Origin: Octopus bimaculoides | Taxonomy: Eukaryota | Reading direction: 5' to 3' | NCBI RefSeq assembly: GCF_001194135.2 | Contig: NC_068992.1 | Coordinates: 15,455,892-15,517,034, forward strand | DNA length: 61,143 nt | Part shown: piece by piece, positions 1 through 13,069 of the stretch | Position numbering within the stretch: the first letter of the stretch is position 1 | Layout of the letters: the number at the start of each line of letters is the position of its first letter | Position numbers and translations under genes: made by a program | The notes under the pieces: generated by a model | The model's input: only the letters and a program-made list of their open reading frames with translations | The model's database searches: none | What the model was told of the DNA's origin: nothing

Positions 1-290
1 TATATATATATATATAATTTAATAAACACAGTATATGTATTTATGTGCTACTATTAGTTTCATGTGGTGAGAGCATGCCAAACACATCTTGTAACACATC
101 TTGTGTCCTAGCACAATCATGATATACTTTTATTAAAGCTGCAATATAACAGTCTTGGAAAGGTTTTGTAGTTTTAATAAAAGCATATTAGTTAGATATT
201 CGAGTACTATTTCCCCTCCTCTATTTTCATTTATGTACTTACTCGTATGTATATGTATATATAAATGGAATGCTAGACGAGTGACAGGGA

Positions 291-291
291 G

Positions 292-387
<96 letters not shown>

Positions 388-402
388 GAGAGAGAGAGAG
401 AG
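291..402. repeat. (GATA)n/(GA)n microsatellite
   Basis: Direct reading: short GATA run followed by a long GA dinucleotide tract; explains the SLSLSL ORFs at 133-432. Confidence 0.97.
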
Positions 403-1002
403 CTTTACGTGTATACGTATGCAGAAGCACAAATATGTTTCGGTATCCGTTCCTGTATTTTACAGTGTGTCTATGCTCCTTTATGTATTCAACGTCATTG
501 AATGAATATTACTGTTGTTGTTGCTGTTACGTAAATAATTATGTTAACTCTTGGTAGTGTTTCTATTTAAGCAACGGATCAAATAGCTTTACAAGTAGAA
601 GAGAGAGGGAGAAAGATAGAGAGAGGGCGATAAAATAAGCAGATATGATCGTGTAAAAAAGCTGGGATTGGGAGTAGGTGAGAGATAATGCTATTGCAGC
701 CTCTAAATAGTATATCAAATGCATTATCATTTGGCAGTGTGTAGAAATGTTGGGGGGAAAAATCGGATGGAAATCACTAGTGACATGTCAATGACGTTCT
801 AGAAATAGTGTAACGGAATTTTCTTTTTAAAAGGAAACTAAGTTTTCGAAAAATATTGAATTCTGATTCTAATACAAACTACAAATTTGAGAAAAGAAGT
901 AATTGACATGAACGGCTTTTATTAATCGTGAAAAACGAAAAGCAAAATCGACTTCAGTGAGTTAAGCTTTCAGAGCGCATAACAACGAAGGTAAATACAA
1001 AA

Positions 1003-1215
1003 TGAAGATGCGTAGCTTTGTGGTCACAGTCTGCAATCAGGACCTTAAGTTTGTGGTTTCGATTCTTAGACCGTGCAGTGTGTTGTGTTCTTGAGCAAAA
1101 CACTTAATTTCAAGTGACCCTTGTTCACGCAGCTGTAAATTAGTTTCAGCAACAGCTGGGGAGTTAACTCATGGAAACCGGGTTAAGATCCGGTCTTATG
1201 AGTCCTAGAACTGCT

Positions 1216-1250
<35 letters not shown>
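1003..1250 (+). mobile_element. Degenerate tRNA-derived SINE with CORE-like middle and poly(A) tail
   Basis: tRNA-like head (B-box-like GGTTTCGATTC), middle GTGTTGTGTTCTTGAGCAAAACACTT also seen at ~5640 and ~46420, 3' GGAAACCGG..CTTATGAG motif, A34 tail at 1217-1250. Confidence 0.7.
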
Positions 1251-1251
<1 letters not shown>

Positions 1252-2909
1252 AAGAAGGAACTACGAAATATTTTTTTTTTCATCTTGTGCACGCCATTTG
1301 TCGATATCCTACCGAATAACGTTTTGTACACATGCCATTGTGCTCTCAAAAAGGGATTTGTCATCGGTTGCACAGCTATGACATCGTGCACATATGCCAT
1401 ATGAATATGGTTATTACGTAAGTTAAGATATCTTGAAACAACTCACGATAAAATATATTAAATAATTTATATATATACACATATATATTTCTTTATTTCA
1501 TAATCTGTATTTTGTGCTCCATCTAAATGTTTCAAGTTTAACTAGCCTTATCTACCTTACTATGTCTAAATGTGTGTGTGTGCGGGTGTGCGCGTGCGTG
1601 TGCGTGCGTTTAGACGCTGCCCTGACAGAACTGGTTGAATGTCGGACAAAAAATAACATGGTTTTCTTGTTACGATATTTCATTCACTATGTTGTTCAAA
1701 TTGCAACCAGGATAACTTCATTTTTGCTACCACCGAAGATGATAAATTAATAACCAGACAAACGTACTAAAGCCGCTAAAATCGATCAGAAGACTAAAAA
1801 CAAATTAAGTATATCGAGATTGAATGAAGTAACAACAAAAAACAAATTCAACCTTCTGAATCATGAGGCATAATGGGTTTCGTATCGTGAGCTAATTCAG
1901 ATTACGGTGCGGAAACAATATAATATGGTACATACTTGGTTTCCTTTCGAAAACGTAACTAGGAACAGAAAATACCATTCTTTTACGGCTAGGGTGGAAT
2001 ATGGAAATAAAATTGTAAGGGAACTTTAGCTGAGTGATCATTCCATAGGCATGATACATTTGTATTACATACCAGTACTATGTTCAAAACACTGAAACAC
2101 TATAAAAGAGATTGTGAGCAACAAAGAAAACAAGACGAGGATTCGAAACCGTATCAATGTGAAAACTGTACAGAAATTCATAATAAACAATAAGACCCGC
2201 CGCCACCCACCAAAGTTGAAATAAAGCAATTCGTACAAAAGATATGACCCTGAAAATAAAAATAAACTCAACCAATTGCACGTAAAATGATAACGTAATG
2301 CAAACCAATGACAACAGAACTCACCACGTAGAAAACACATGAAACTCCAAAAGAGAACAGCACAAAGAGGAGGACCACATATCAAATAAATGAGCCTTGA
2401 AAGCCAGATAAATTCTAAAGAATCCAAACCAACATACAAAAAATTAAAACAAACAAGGCAACACGGGAAATCGAAAACATACAAAGACGGAAGAACTGAA
2501 TTCGAAAATGATTAAGCGAAAGACCACTCAAGTCCTCATAGAAATATTCAACCAAGTACACAACCGGATCGAAAGTATAGCCCACACTTAACAACAGACT
2601 GAATATAAACATGCTATAGCATGCCAAGCGCAGTTAACTTTGTGGGGAACGTGACAGAAAGAATTAGAAGAAACTCATATACGATTCATGTATAACAATA
2701 AACATATTTCTAAGCTACAAATTAGTGGTTCTCAACCATTTTTTACCTATTGATCTCTTTGATTCCTATTTTACGCAATGGACCCGCAATATCATTCGAT
2801 GTTTAAAATGTCCTATAATATTTTATTTTCAAAAGAAATATTATTAGGAATTGTATAGAAAAAAATTGTTAAAATATTTTGTGTATTCTAGAATAACCAA
2901 TTTATTGTA

Positions 2910-4031
2910 CAGGTTGTCCCAAAAGAAACTGATGGGTTTCAATTTGTAATAGCTTACTTAACTTTACAAATAAATGCATAAAATTTTGGTACACTATAAA
3001 TGACAAAGGATATTAATAAGCATGAGTCAAGTTTTACAACACCACTACATCACCTATGATAAATGACATCGCTTAAATGGCAGCTATTTTCGGCTTCGTA
3101 TGCCCGTACTTTTTCTAAAACTTGCACCATAACACTCTCAAGAGTTTCAGACCTCACTTCTCTGATTTATCTATCGATGGTCTCCATCAGTTGCCCCAGG
3201 GTCTCCGGTTTGTTGACTTAAAACCTTTCTTTCAGGTATCCCCACAAGAAAAAATCCGGGCTACTCAAATCTGGTGAACGTGAAAGCTATTCAAAGTAGA
3301 CCTCACACATGGTTCCAGCAAATTGGGGCATCTGCTCATACCGCAATAGAAACAATGCAGTTGCTACAGTAGTGCTCTGGAGAGAAAATTATCTCCCGCT
3401 ACAGCGATGTCTACAGGCCTTCGCGTTCTCCTTGACTTGACGAGCCCAGATTTTTTTTTTGGCGGGGGGGGGATATCTGAAAAAGATAGTTTATGTTAAC
3501 AAACCGGAGACCCTGCTGCAACTGAAGAAGAACATCAACAGAGATGTGGGATCTGAAATTTTTGTGGGTGTTATGCTGCAAGTTTTGTTAAGTGCACGGG
3601 CGTGCGAAGCCTAATATGTAATGTAGTGATATTGCAAAATTTGACCTGTGCATATTAATTTCCATTATAAGCTTTATGGTAATCTTCAAGTTTAGGGGGA
3701 TAAAAAAAAAAAAAAAAATATTCAAGGGAAGTAACTGAACGTCTTACCAGTATTCTCTGTACATCTCTGTTTATAAATAAATCACACACGTGATTTGATT
3801 GACGTTAGTGTTAGGATTAGGGTGTGATTTATTTATAAACAGCTAGAAGAAAACGGATAATACTGGTAAGTCGTTCAGTTATTTCCCTTGAATATTTTTA
3901 TTTATTTTTTTATCCCCCTAAACTTGAAGATTACCAACTTTATATTGTATCAAAATGTCATGCTGCATTTATTTGTAAAATTAAGGAAGTTATTAAAAAT
4001 TGAAACCCATCAGGGACTTTGGGACACCCTG
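2910..4031. mobile_element. Tc1/mariner DD41D-type (rosa-like) non-autonomous element built from two inverted 3' ends
   Basis: TA-flanked ~55-bp TIRs (CAGGTTGTCCCAAAAGAAACTGATGGGTTTC / GAAACCCATCAGGGACTTTGGGACACCCTG). Transposase C-terminus on minus at ~3060-3290 (RSPDLSSPDFFLWGYLKERV) and on plus at ~3320-3610 (WFQQxGASAHTA...RSPDLTSPDFF), with 41 residues between the last two catalytic positions after removing one extra T. Confidence 0.85.
3678..3935. mobile_element. Palindromic MITE, GG...CC termini, 8-bp TSD (Merlin-like)
   Basis: TIR GGTAATCTTCAAGTTTAGGGGGATAAAAA / TTTTTATCCCCCTAAACTTGAAGATTACC, arms complementary over most of the length; TSD AGCTTTAT (3670-3677) / AACTTTAT (3936-3943), one mismatch. 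Confidence 0.8.
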
Positions 4032-4259
4032 TACATAAACTTTAACAGTCAAATCTGGTATCAACCCACAATAGTCAAATGGGCCCCGGTTTAGTATCAC
4101 GGGTATAAACGAAAAAAAACTGCTACGAACAATAGGATAAATGCAACAGAGCTTTACAATAAATTGTGTCCACGGGAATAGATTACTCGAATGCAAACAG
4201 AATGAATAACCTGATATATTTACTAGGAATGGTAGTTTTGTTGGAAGCTTAGATTGATC

Positions 4260-4880
4260 CACATAAAGTCAGTTCCTCCTAAGGTATGACCAAAACAAAA
4301 ATAAAGGAAATAATACAAGACAAAATTGCAAACAAGCGAAGATATATCCATACTCTGTGAAATGGGAAAATAACGATCCAATACCATCCCATCGACCAAC
4401 TCACCCTAAAAATAAACTCACGGAAAATATCAATAGCACGAAAGGCATTCTGTAAATAATTGTAAGTCTTAAACGAATTATAACAGGAAAAGCATGCAGG
4501 ATAAGACGCTTCGAAAATCATGAAGGCGTCTAACATATTCTATAAGGATAATAGCAAAAAAAAAAATAATAATAATAATATATATTACTGAAGAATACAA
4601 CAAGATTAACGAGAATTTTCAACATACTGCTAGCGAATTTAGAACAAAAATACAGAACACGACAGGAAAAGAAAATACAAAATGGATCAGAATGGAAGAG
4701 AAAAAAATATATAATAGCACTGAAAGCATAGGCCACTATAACAAACACGAAATTCACCAACATTTTAAGAATTGCAAGCAACGGCAAAAAAAACCTTTCA
4801 AATTGACAATGTTCCCAATATCTGGCTGAAGCACTTGACCAATGTAAATGGCTATGTGACGGCAGCATTTAATAGAGTGC
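4260..4880 (+). mobile_element. Degenerate R4/Dong-like non-LTR retrotransposon fragment (pre-RT region)
   Basis: Frameshifted translation includes DNVPNIWLKHLTNVNGYVTAAFNR, resembling the PGPDxIPNFWLKHL motif of RLE-type LINE RT domain 0. Confidence 0.55.
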
Positions 4881-5033
4881 TATGTATTTAAGAATCAACG
4901 CTTGTTTGGTTACAGGAGTGAAAAGCATTAATTTCCAAAGTCAGAATTACCAGAGACACCCAAAAGTTATTGGCTTGTAACATGCTTGCCAGCAACATTC
5001 AACGCCTATATATTTATATATATATATATATAT

Positions 5034-5436
5034 TGTTACGTATACCTATAAGATAATGAAGTGTGAGAACTTACCCTATATTTTCCAAAGGTGGAGAGAT
5101 GATCCTTTGTCAACGACTGTTTGGCAGAAAGTCGGTATGAATAACTAAATATATATACAGGAAGTTAGCATAGTACGAGACAGGTAACCTCGTTCACTTG
5201 CTGTTAACTAGCGAGGCAGGTAATCTCGTACTTTCTGTTAAAACGAGGAATGGGGAAGACAGCGGGAGCTTGGCGCGGATAGAACCAGAACGAGACAGAA
5301 CTGCATCCGGGTCGGACCGTTTGTCTATCTCTCTGTCTATATTAATGTTTACATTTATATTCAGTTATAATAAAAGCAACTATATTTTAAACCGATGGGT
5401 CACTCTATACTTTTGTAGAGTACAAATTTATTATCA
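5034..5436 (+). mobile_element. Probable solo LTR
   Basis: Starts TGTTACG, ends ATCA, internal AATAAA near 5368, GC-richer than flanks; imperfect 4-bp flanks ATAT/ATAA; no internal ORF. Confidence 0.5.
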
Positions 5437-5559
5437 ATAATAATTATTATTATTATATATATATATGGTTGTGTATGCATACGTCGAATGCTCGACAGTC
5501 AGAACAGAAAGATTAGATATAAAACTTGTGAGTTTGTTGATCCGCGTACTATTAATATT

Positions 5560-5830
5560 GTGAGGACGCTTAGCCTAGTGATTGTGTTGCACTCATGTTC
5601 GCTAGATCGTGGTTTCAATTGCTGGACTGGTTGGTAAGTTGAATTCTTGAGCAAAACACTTCATTTCTCGTTGCTCTACAGTCACTTCGTATGGGACAAC
5701 ATGCATAAGGCATATGGGACACCATGCACTCGTTCAAGAAATGTCGATTTGATGGCGGGAGCTGATGTACATTTGATCACTACAAACAAATCATTTGTGC
5801 CGATTTGTCCAATAAGAAATTACATAACCT
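5560..5830 (+). mobile_element. Degenerate tRNA-derived SINE
   Basis: Head GTGAGGACGCTTAGCCTAGTG..GGTTTCAATT and TTCTTGAGCAAAACACTT core shared with copies at 1003 and 46337. Confidence 0.6.
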
Positions 5831-5919
5831 GCTTTCTCGGACTACGGGACACTACCATATTTGTATTACGCAAGCCAACATAAAAATTGTTTTCGGTGTT
5901 GTCAAACAATTTAGACTTC

Positions 5920-6950
5920 AACTAGGGGTATTTTTACATGCAGAATCCCAAAATGACATCAATTTATTATCACCCTGTCAAGATTTTTAGATAATGGATC
6001 CATAAAATTTCATTGTTACTTTTTGCTTTTTTTTTTTTGCAATAAATTAGCTTATGAGGAACAAGGCATAATATACAAATATATATACAAATTGGTTCTT
6101 ATTCAAAACCAGAATCTTTCGTTAGAATACTACAGAAGAACTAGGAAAATTATGTCATTGTTTATGTCGAATTTCCAGTCAATTTGCGTTTGGATGATTT
6201 TCTTGAAATGCTGAACTTCAGGAAGTCTACAGTCCAATTCCAATAATAGTCTACCATCATGCGCAAGTCACATCTGCTTTGATACCTTTGTTCTATTGAT
6301 TTTTTTGTCCTGATGAAAACATTCTTCCTTCTCGTCACTGTCACCAACATTTTAACTGGTGTCCGGCAAAATGTCGAGTATTTCGGCTTAGTTGGCTGTT
6401 TTTTCTTGTCGCTCAGAAAGTCATTTACAACTGTTACAAATGAATTTCATGCTGTTGCTTCAATGCCATTCATTCATTGAATTTACAAAATTCCCATCTT
6501 TCATCAATTTTCTGATTTAAAGCCTATCAAATACTCCAGCTTTTATCTTTTCATCTTCAGCTTTTTATCTTTTCAATGCTCAGGGCGGGAAATGTGTTGC
6601 AGATATAGTCAAAGCATGGTCCATCTTTATCCAGAATTTTAACAAACAGCTTCGTAATGCCAAATTTGATATGGAATGCAGATAGGATGATTTTTTTCCC
6701 CCGGGTTGAATTAAAAAGCGCTTAAACCACATTAGAGTACCCTGAAACTAATGTTCGCTGCAACCATTCTTTGATCACTCATTCTTTCACTGACTCCTAA
6801 TACAATAATATACAAATCGTAATAAACGCTCGTACTAAATTTCTCAGGTAAACAAAGAATTTTTCTGAAAAGCGAAGAAAATTGCAAAAACTGTAGGGAT
6901 CTTAAAATCCAGGCATGATGGTAAAGAAAAGATTCCATTTTTTAAATTCA
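5920..6950 (-). pseudogene. Degenerate DNA-transposase relic, probably Chapaev3 (CMC superfamily)
   Basis: Minus-strand frameshifted pieces KIILSAFHIKFGITKLFVKILDKDGPCFDYICNTFPALSIEKIKA and SDEKEECFHQD..IEQRYQSRCDLRMMVDYYW match the HIKLGLMKQFVKAL / SDEQGERFHQD..RYQGRW..MMADYCW family. Superfamily label is from memory. Confidence 0.7.
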
Positions 6951-7554
6951 AAAACACCTTCAAATCAGGTAAAAACATCCTGACAGCAGAATGTCTGTCA
7001 GGATGTGTTATCAATATTATCATCGCTACGGTACATTATCCCTAGCTATGGGACCTAAGTGGCAGAGGGCCTTCGTAGTAATCTGCAAATAGATAACTTA
7101 GATCCGGACATTTTTTACGCATGCTTGCCACAGGTATAAATTATTACTTTTAATATGTTTTACCCTTTATATATTTGTATTCAAATATCTTAATTCCTGA
7201 GTCAGATAATTCACCGTTGAATTTTTATTCACTGCTGCTTTATTCTGGCTTGGCGCATTGGTTGAGAATATCTGAATTGAATTCACGATGTATAACGATA
7301 ACACTCGATATGCACGTGTGTCCTTTGGCATATGGTATGTATTTGAGCTTTATAATTATGTCTCCAGCAGTTTCTACTGACGATCCACAAATAATTAATT
7401 TATTTAATTATTAATGGTGTATCTTCGGAGTATAGAAATAATTGGTTTGTTTAATTTTTTCAAATTGTCTTGCCCGCCTACACTCCACGTGCTATAAATA
7501 AGAATGTATTTTTAGAGTTTTGGGGATTTGACATCCCTTTTCGGAATATAAGGA

Positions 7555-7647
7555 AGAAAACAACGCGTCGACCGGTCCATGAATCGAAACCTTAATCATA
7601 TGATGATGAGTCCAAGATACTAACCATTAAGCCATTCACCTCCACAC
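7555..7647 (-). mobile_element. SINE tRNA-like head fragment
   Basis: Reverse complement GTGGAGGTGAATGGCTTAATGGTTAG...GGTTTCGATTC shows A- and B-box-like motifs. Confidence 0.6.
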
Positions 7648-8187
7648 GTTCCACATTATGTAAGTAACATTTAGTAATCCTGTCCAGACGTCAGATGTCA
7701 TCTCGAGACGACAGTATACCGTCTCACTTCCACCAAAGCTGCTGGAAATAACCGAGGGAACCAAAGAATAATATTAGAAAAACGAAGATTCTGCTTATTT
7801 CCAAATATAGCAGTGGGGTGTATTTTTAGCAAATTATTAGTGGCTTTCTGTTATATTTCATTCTATTTTATGTCTAGATGACATAACCATTGCCGTATGG
7901 CGAAACTGGGATGCGTGTTCCGATCCGGCAAACGTGCCCTTCACTTGAGATATATGAGCAGGATAATACGTAAAGCAATCATGTATATACAAAGAGTCCA
8001 TTAACGATCGGAAATTAAACTTCCTCTCTATTTAAAATTCGATGGACATAAATATACTTTACATATTTTATATATTGCATTTATTTTGAAAAAGATAAAT
8101 ATTCAACGGGAAATAACTGAATAAATGCTATGATGGTTATAGATATGTGTGCGCGTGTGCTCGTGCGTGTATACATACATACATACA

Positions 8188-8219
<32 letters not shown>

Positions 8220-8401
8220 CCTTACATATAAATACGTATATATTGACACACACTCACACACGCACACAAAGAGTGATAGAAAGAGAGAGAGAGAGAGAGA
8301 AATATAACTATGCGTATGCATACATATGTGCACATGTACATGTTTGTGATTTATTTATAAACAATGTATATGTCTACACATACATGAATGCATTTATATT
8401 A

Positions 8402-8450
<49 letters not shown>

Positions 8451-8777
8451 NNNNNNNNNNNNNNNNNNNNNNNNNNNNNNNNNNNNNNNNNNNNNNNNNN
8501 NNNNNNNNNNNNNNNNNNNNNNNNNNNNNNNNNNNNNNNNNNNNNNNNNNNNNNNNNNNNNNNNNNNNNNNNNNNNNNNNNNNNNNNNNNNNNNNNNNNN
8601 NNNNNNNNNNNNNNNNNNNNNNNNNNNNNNNNNNNNNNNNNNNNNNNNNNNNNNNNNNNNNNNNNNNNNNNNNNNNNNNNNNNNNNNNNNNNNNNNNNNN
8701 NNNNNNNNNNNNNNNNNNNNNNNNNNNNNNNNNNNNNNNNNNNNNNNNNNNNNNNNNNNNNNNNNNNNNNNNNNNNN
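8451..8777. other. Assembly gap flanked by (TA)n; other gaps at 14156-14500, 24291-24384, 33336-33701, 36345-36444, 37589-38103, 41666-42081, 43366-43600, 45074-45354
   Basis: Runs of N, most bordered by TA or TG microsatellites. Confidence 0.99.
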
Positions 8778-8808
<31 letters not shown>

Positions 8809-11800
8809 CATACATACATATTCAGGACGTTTAGTCGCTGCAAGACAATAAAAAAGATAAATAGATAAAAATAGACTTCAAATTTTATATCTGCAGAGAA
8901 TTGTACATCAACTGAAACCAACTGAGGGAATCAAATATCTAAAAGTTGACACAAACTACTTCAACAATGTTATAGTGAATGATTAATTAGAGAAAAAAAG
9001 CAGGAACTTTCCTTTTTATACACAACGTTGAATTTACGACGTTTTACAATGTATGGTAATCTTTGGTAAATATATACTTTTTCTCTGTTCACATCAAAGC
9101 ATTTAACCCTTCCAATAAATAAATTCTTTTAAAATGAATTTATTACGCTTGTCATCGTTGCAAATGCCTTCGTCTTGATGTTTTATAATATATTCGTTTT
9201 AAAATAGCGAGAAGTTACAATGGAAATGAAACTTGTGTGGCTATGAATTGTGTTTCGTTTTATGGAAATTAATTGTTAACTTGGGCAAGAACGCTGCTGC
9301 TCGAATGATAGTAAATATGCTGTGATTCCGGAATTGGTTGCTAACTTTCGGTTTGAGATGGAAGACGGAAATTGTCTAAAACATGGCGATATTGGTATAT
9401 TGTTTCCAGACTGAAACAATCATTGTGTTTGTAGTGTGCCTGTATTAATATAGTAATGTTGTTACATGTGAGAGTAAAGAAACTATAAAGTTGTTGAAAT
9501 AAAATTGATAAATTCGGCTGAAATGAAGCAGTGAAAGGCCTTGACCCTGTGAAAAGAAATAAACTTCTGTTTTCCTAGATTAGTCATAATTGATGCAAAT
9601 CTGTGACGAAAGCTATTCAGTCATTTATATACCAGCAAATGTATTGTTCATTGAAGTATTTTAGACTATGAGGTGTGATTTGTGAGAGTTTCCACTGATA
9701 CTTTTAACGGGTTGAGCAACGATATGACAGTAGGTTTTCATCAAAATTGCAAATAAACGACTATTTTCTCCCCCTCTTTCTCCTCTAGTACATCTTTCCC
9801 TTCTTTTCCCTTTCCTTCTCTCACCAAATTTCGTTTGCTTTCGTCAGCAGAGAGTAGGGTATAGGACCAAGGGATATAACTGTAACCTGTCTTACGTCTA
9901 TGGCTAAGATGCATAACTATCTTGATGTGATATCTCATTCATACATTATCTCTGATCAACACCCATCACTTTCACTGTTGCTGAATTAGATGAGTGGAAA
10001 CTATCCTCTTGGAAAGAAGCCCAGCCTATCACGGTCAACATTCCCTAGTAAGTTGATACCTGTTATTGAAATTTAAGTGAACTGTAACAATGTACTACAA
10101 AACGCTTCTTCGAAAGTACAACGAAAGTCTTGTAGAATGCTTGAACACGTGATCTATCATTAATCAGCGCAATAACTTATCCATTCGGTGAATGCAATTC
10201 CTAGAAATATATTTTATCACTTCCCATAATTCCACGCAACCTGAGCTTTTGTGCGATTGTGGAAAAAAAAAGAGAAAAAATTCGAATTTTCTTTATGAAC
10301 GGTGCATTTGTTTCGTTTTAGTTTTTCTATTCGCTTGAGTCGAAGCCTCTTCGTGGAACGATGGAATTATAGGAATATCACCAGACTGTTTTCTCTCATG
10401 GTGCTGTTGATGACGGGATTACGTTGTTTTTTTTTTCCTTTTTTAAATCTTTTCTGAGATTTTCCTTTTCAATACATTTTATCCCCGCAAACGTTTCTCG
10501 TTTTATCGAAGAATGGTCGATTAAGCAAACGTTTTTATTGGAATAACACGAATGAATTAACTTCTAAAACATCTCTAATTGAAAGTTGCTGTCATTTCTA
10601 ATTCAACATTTATAGTTCTGCTGTTTCTCATCAATACAACGTATTGGCCCATCCCCCACGCCACTTCATTACACCCAACACAAATTCTTGATACTTTATG
10701 CAAAGAAGTTTTCAAGTTCGTTTGAAACATTCCAGCCTAATACAGTTTCTGTAGTATTCAGAAGTCTGAACACTTTAGCTTTGTATATGAAAGCTACGGT
10801 AATTTAATCTTAAAATTGAAAACAGAATTGCAGTAGTCTCTCGTGCGAAAGAAGACAAATTATCAGGTTTGATCTCAGAATTCTAAACCAACATAACTAT
10901 GCCTGGTTTCCAGTCAATTAAACAAATTCTTCAGTCAATTTTGAATCCTCACTTGGCTGAATCGATAGATTTGCCAACCTTTCGTGCGATTAAGGTATTC
11001 GATTGGTCGTATCCGATCGTTAGGAACATTTGAACAGATTGTTTTGCTCTGATATAATATTTGAAACGAAAATGTAAATGTAAAAATGTGTTAGATATTC
11101 CACACAGCAGCATGTTGCAATATTTTTACTTATGCGATCAGATGTATGTAATAATCAGAAACCAGTTTTAACGACACCTGACTTGTCACGAAATACAGAA
11201 TAATATGCATTGTTTGTGTCTTTTTTATTTTGCCCTCTGAGTTATGTCTCATTTGCTCAATAGTAATTATTCTTCGCTAGAATACTTATAAATAATAGTA
11301 ATCATAAAATCTGTCTTAATATTGTTGTAAACTGTTGACTACTCATTTTTATTTTCCGAGATAATTTCACCGTACACTATAAAAGTGAAACCATATCTGA
11401 CCAGATTGAGAATCTTTAACTTTTTATGAATCCCATTCTCACCCTCTGCAACTGCCTTCAATCTTCAAATTCTCATCTTCATCAGAGAGTCAGACTCTTT
11501 AATTCTAATACCTTATCACATGTCACTATACACTGTACGCGTCACTTTGTATCTGCTAGAATTGGTAATGTTTGCCTCTTTACATTGACCAAATTATTGA
11601 TTCAAACAACCATCCCTTTCGTTCTAATCATGGCCTGCTTTTATATTCCAATTCTTTGCGGTGGTAAACATATCAGAATTTTACGATTCCATGTCCTCAA
11701 TCACTTCACAATGGTCATACTGTACTTGTAAGAATTAACTTATTTCCCAACAGGAAAAGGTAATAGATTTATTTTCAGTTCCGATATCAACGAAAAGTGC

Positions 11801-12417
11801 CTCCTACGCTTAAACGCTGCCACAGCGTACCAATATGGACCACCTTCAGTATAAAGAAAGTATACATAATTGTTCTCTACACATGTCTACATCTAAAAGC
11901 TTTGAGCTAGCTTAATCCTTTCAATGTCGGACAAAACACTTTTGGTTCCTTACGTTCTGCAGTCGACTTTGCTTTTTATATTTCCAGGGTCGATTACAAA
12001 ATAATAACATTGTAGTACTCGAGTCGAATGATATCGGCGTGCCCCTTCCCTTCAAAACTCTTTGTGGTGTGCTTAAATCAGCAATGCGTTCGTCGATTTA
12101 TCTATGGGATTTTTTATTCTTTGGATTCTCTCTGTAAATAGCGGACTGGTTTGTAACGAAGAATTAAAACTCTTTCATTGGAATTTAAAACATCACAGCA
12201 GTAAAAGGTTACACTCTGAAGTTTATGAACATTCCGACGTAAATCCACAGCTCCCATTGCAGTTTCAATTTCCAGTAAACACAACGATTCCATCGAGAGT
12301 AATGCAAAATGGCTTTGACTTAAATTTTTCATTTTATTTTTAACTGGAATTGATTTTTCATGTTTGGTTGCGTATGTCTTCTAGAGTAATTCTCTTATTC
12401 TTCGTTGCAGGAAACTA

Positions 12418-12950
12418 ATGAATTCTAAACAGAAGCAACATGCTATCATTACGTTCTTGATGAAGAAGAGTATTAATTATCCGGCATCCGCAGAAGGCTA
12501 CCATTGACAAGACCAGTGTGCAGGGGTCGATGAAAATCAATACCGAAAGCATGCAAGTGGAATCCATCAGCTCCGAGCACTGATACGGATCACCAGAGCG
12601 AGTTGATGAATTGATACGCACGGGCAGTTTAGTCAAAATGTGCTGCACACCTTGACTGTGATAACAATGCATTACAGAAGCTGGTGAAAGACTTTGGATA
12701 AGGAAAGTGAGTTCAACGTGCATAGCTCGGAGCTTAAACCCGATTTGAAAGAGAGAATGGTGGAAGTTTCTTCTCGTATGCAAGTAGCTTCTGAAGTCAA
12801 TCAAAATAGTTTTTCCGATCAGGTGACAGGAGATGAAACGTAGGAAAACTCTTATGATACGAAAACGAAAGCTAAAACTATGGATAATGAGACATTCCTC
12901 TTTCCTAAGACCTCAGAGCTTCACAGTCCACCGATCAGCGCAAGAAGTCA
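12418..12950 (+). pseudogene. Degenerate mariner (DD34D-type) transposase, N-terminal half
   Basis: MNSKQKQHAIITFLMKK start resembling EQRAVIKFL; VTGDET*ENSYDTKTKAKTM resembling VTGDETWVHHYDPETKRQSM; stops and frameshifts. Confidence 0.75.
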
Positions 12951-12970
12951 TATAAATAAATGAGTGAGAT

Positions 12971-13016
<46 letters not shown>

Positions 13017-13069
13017 CATGAAGGTGTGCACTCACACACACACACACATATATATATGTATATATGCAC

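Larger units (their letters stand above)
2723..4101. mobile_element. hAT/Charlie-like MITE interrupted by nested elements
   Basis: Starts TAGTGGTTCTCAACC (CAGTGGTTCTCAAC-type TIR); appears to resume after 4033 and to end in a degenerate GGGCCCCGGTTTAGTATCACG. Confidence 0.5.

Noticed and set aside
1830-2640. A-rich stretch with LINE-like peptides (TREIENIQRR, KTRRHPPKL)
   Set aside because: The motifs are in the wrong order for CR1/L2 and too degraded to assign.
9818-9854. Second hammerhead-like string on the minus strand (CUCUC..CUGACGA..GAAA..GAGAG)
   Set aside because: Helix II cannot pair and there is no NUH cleavage triplet; at best a decayed remnant.
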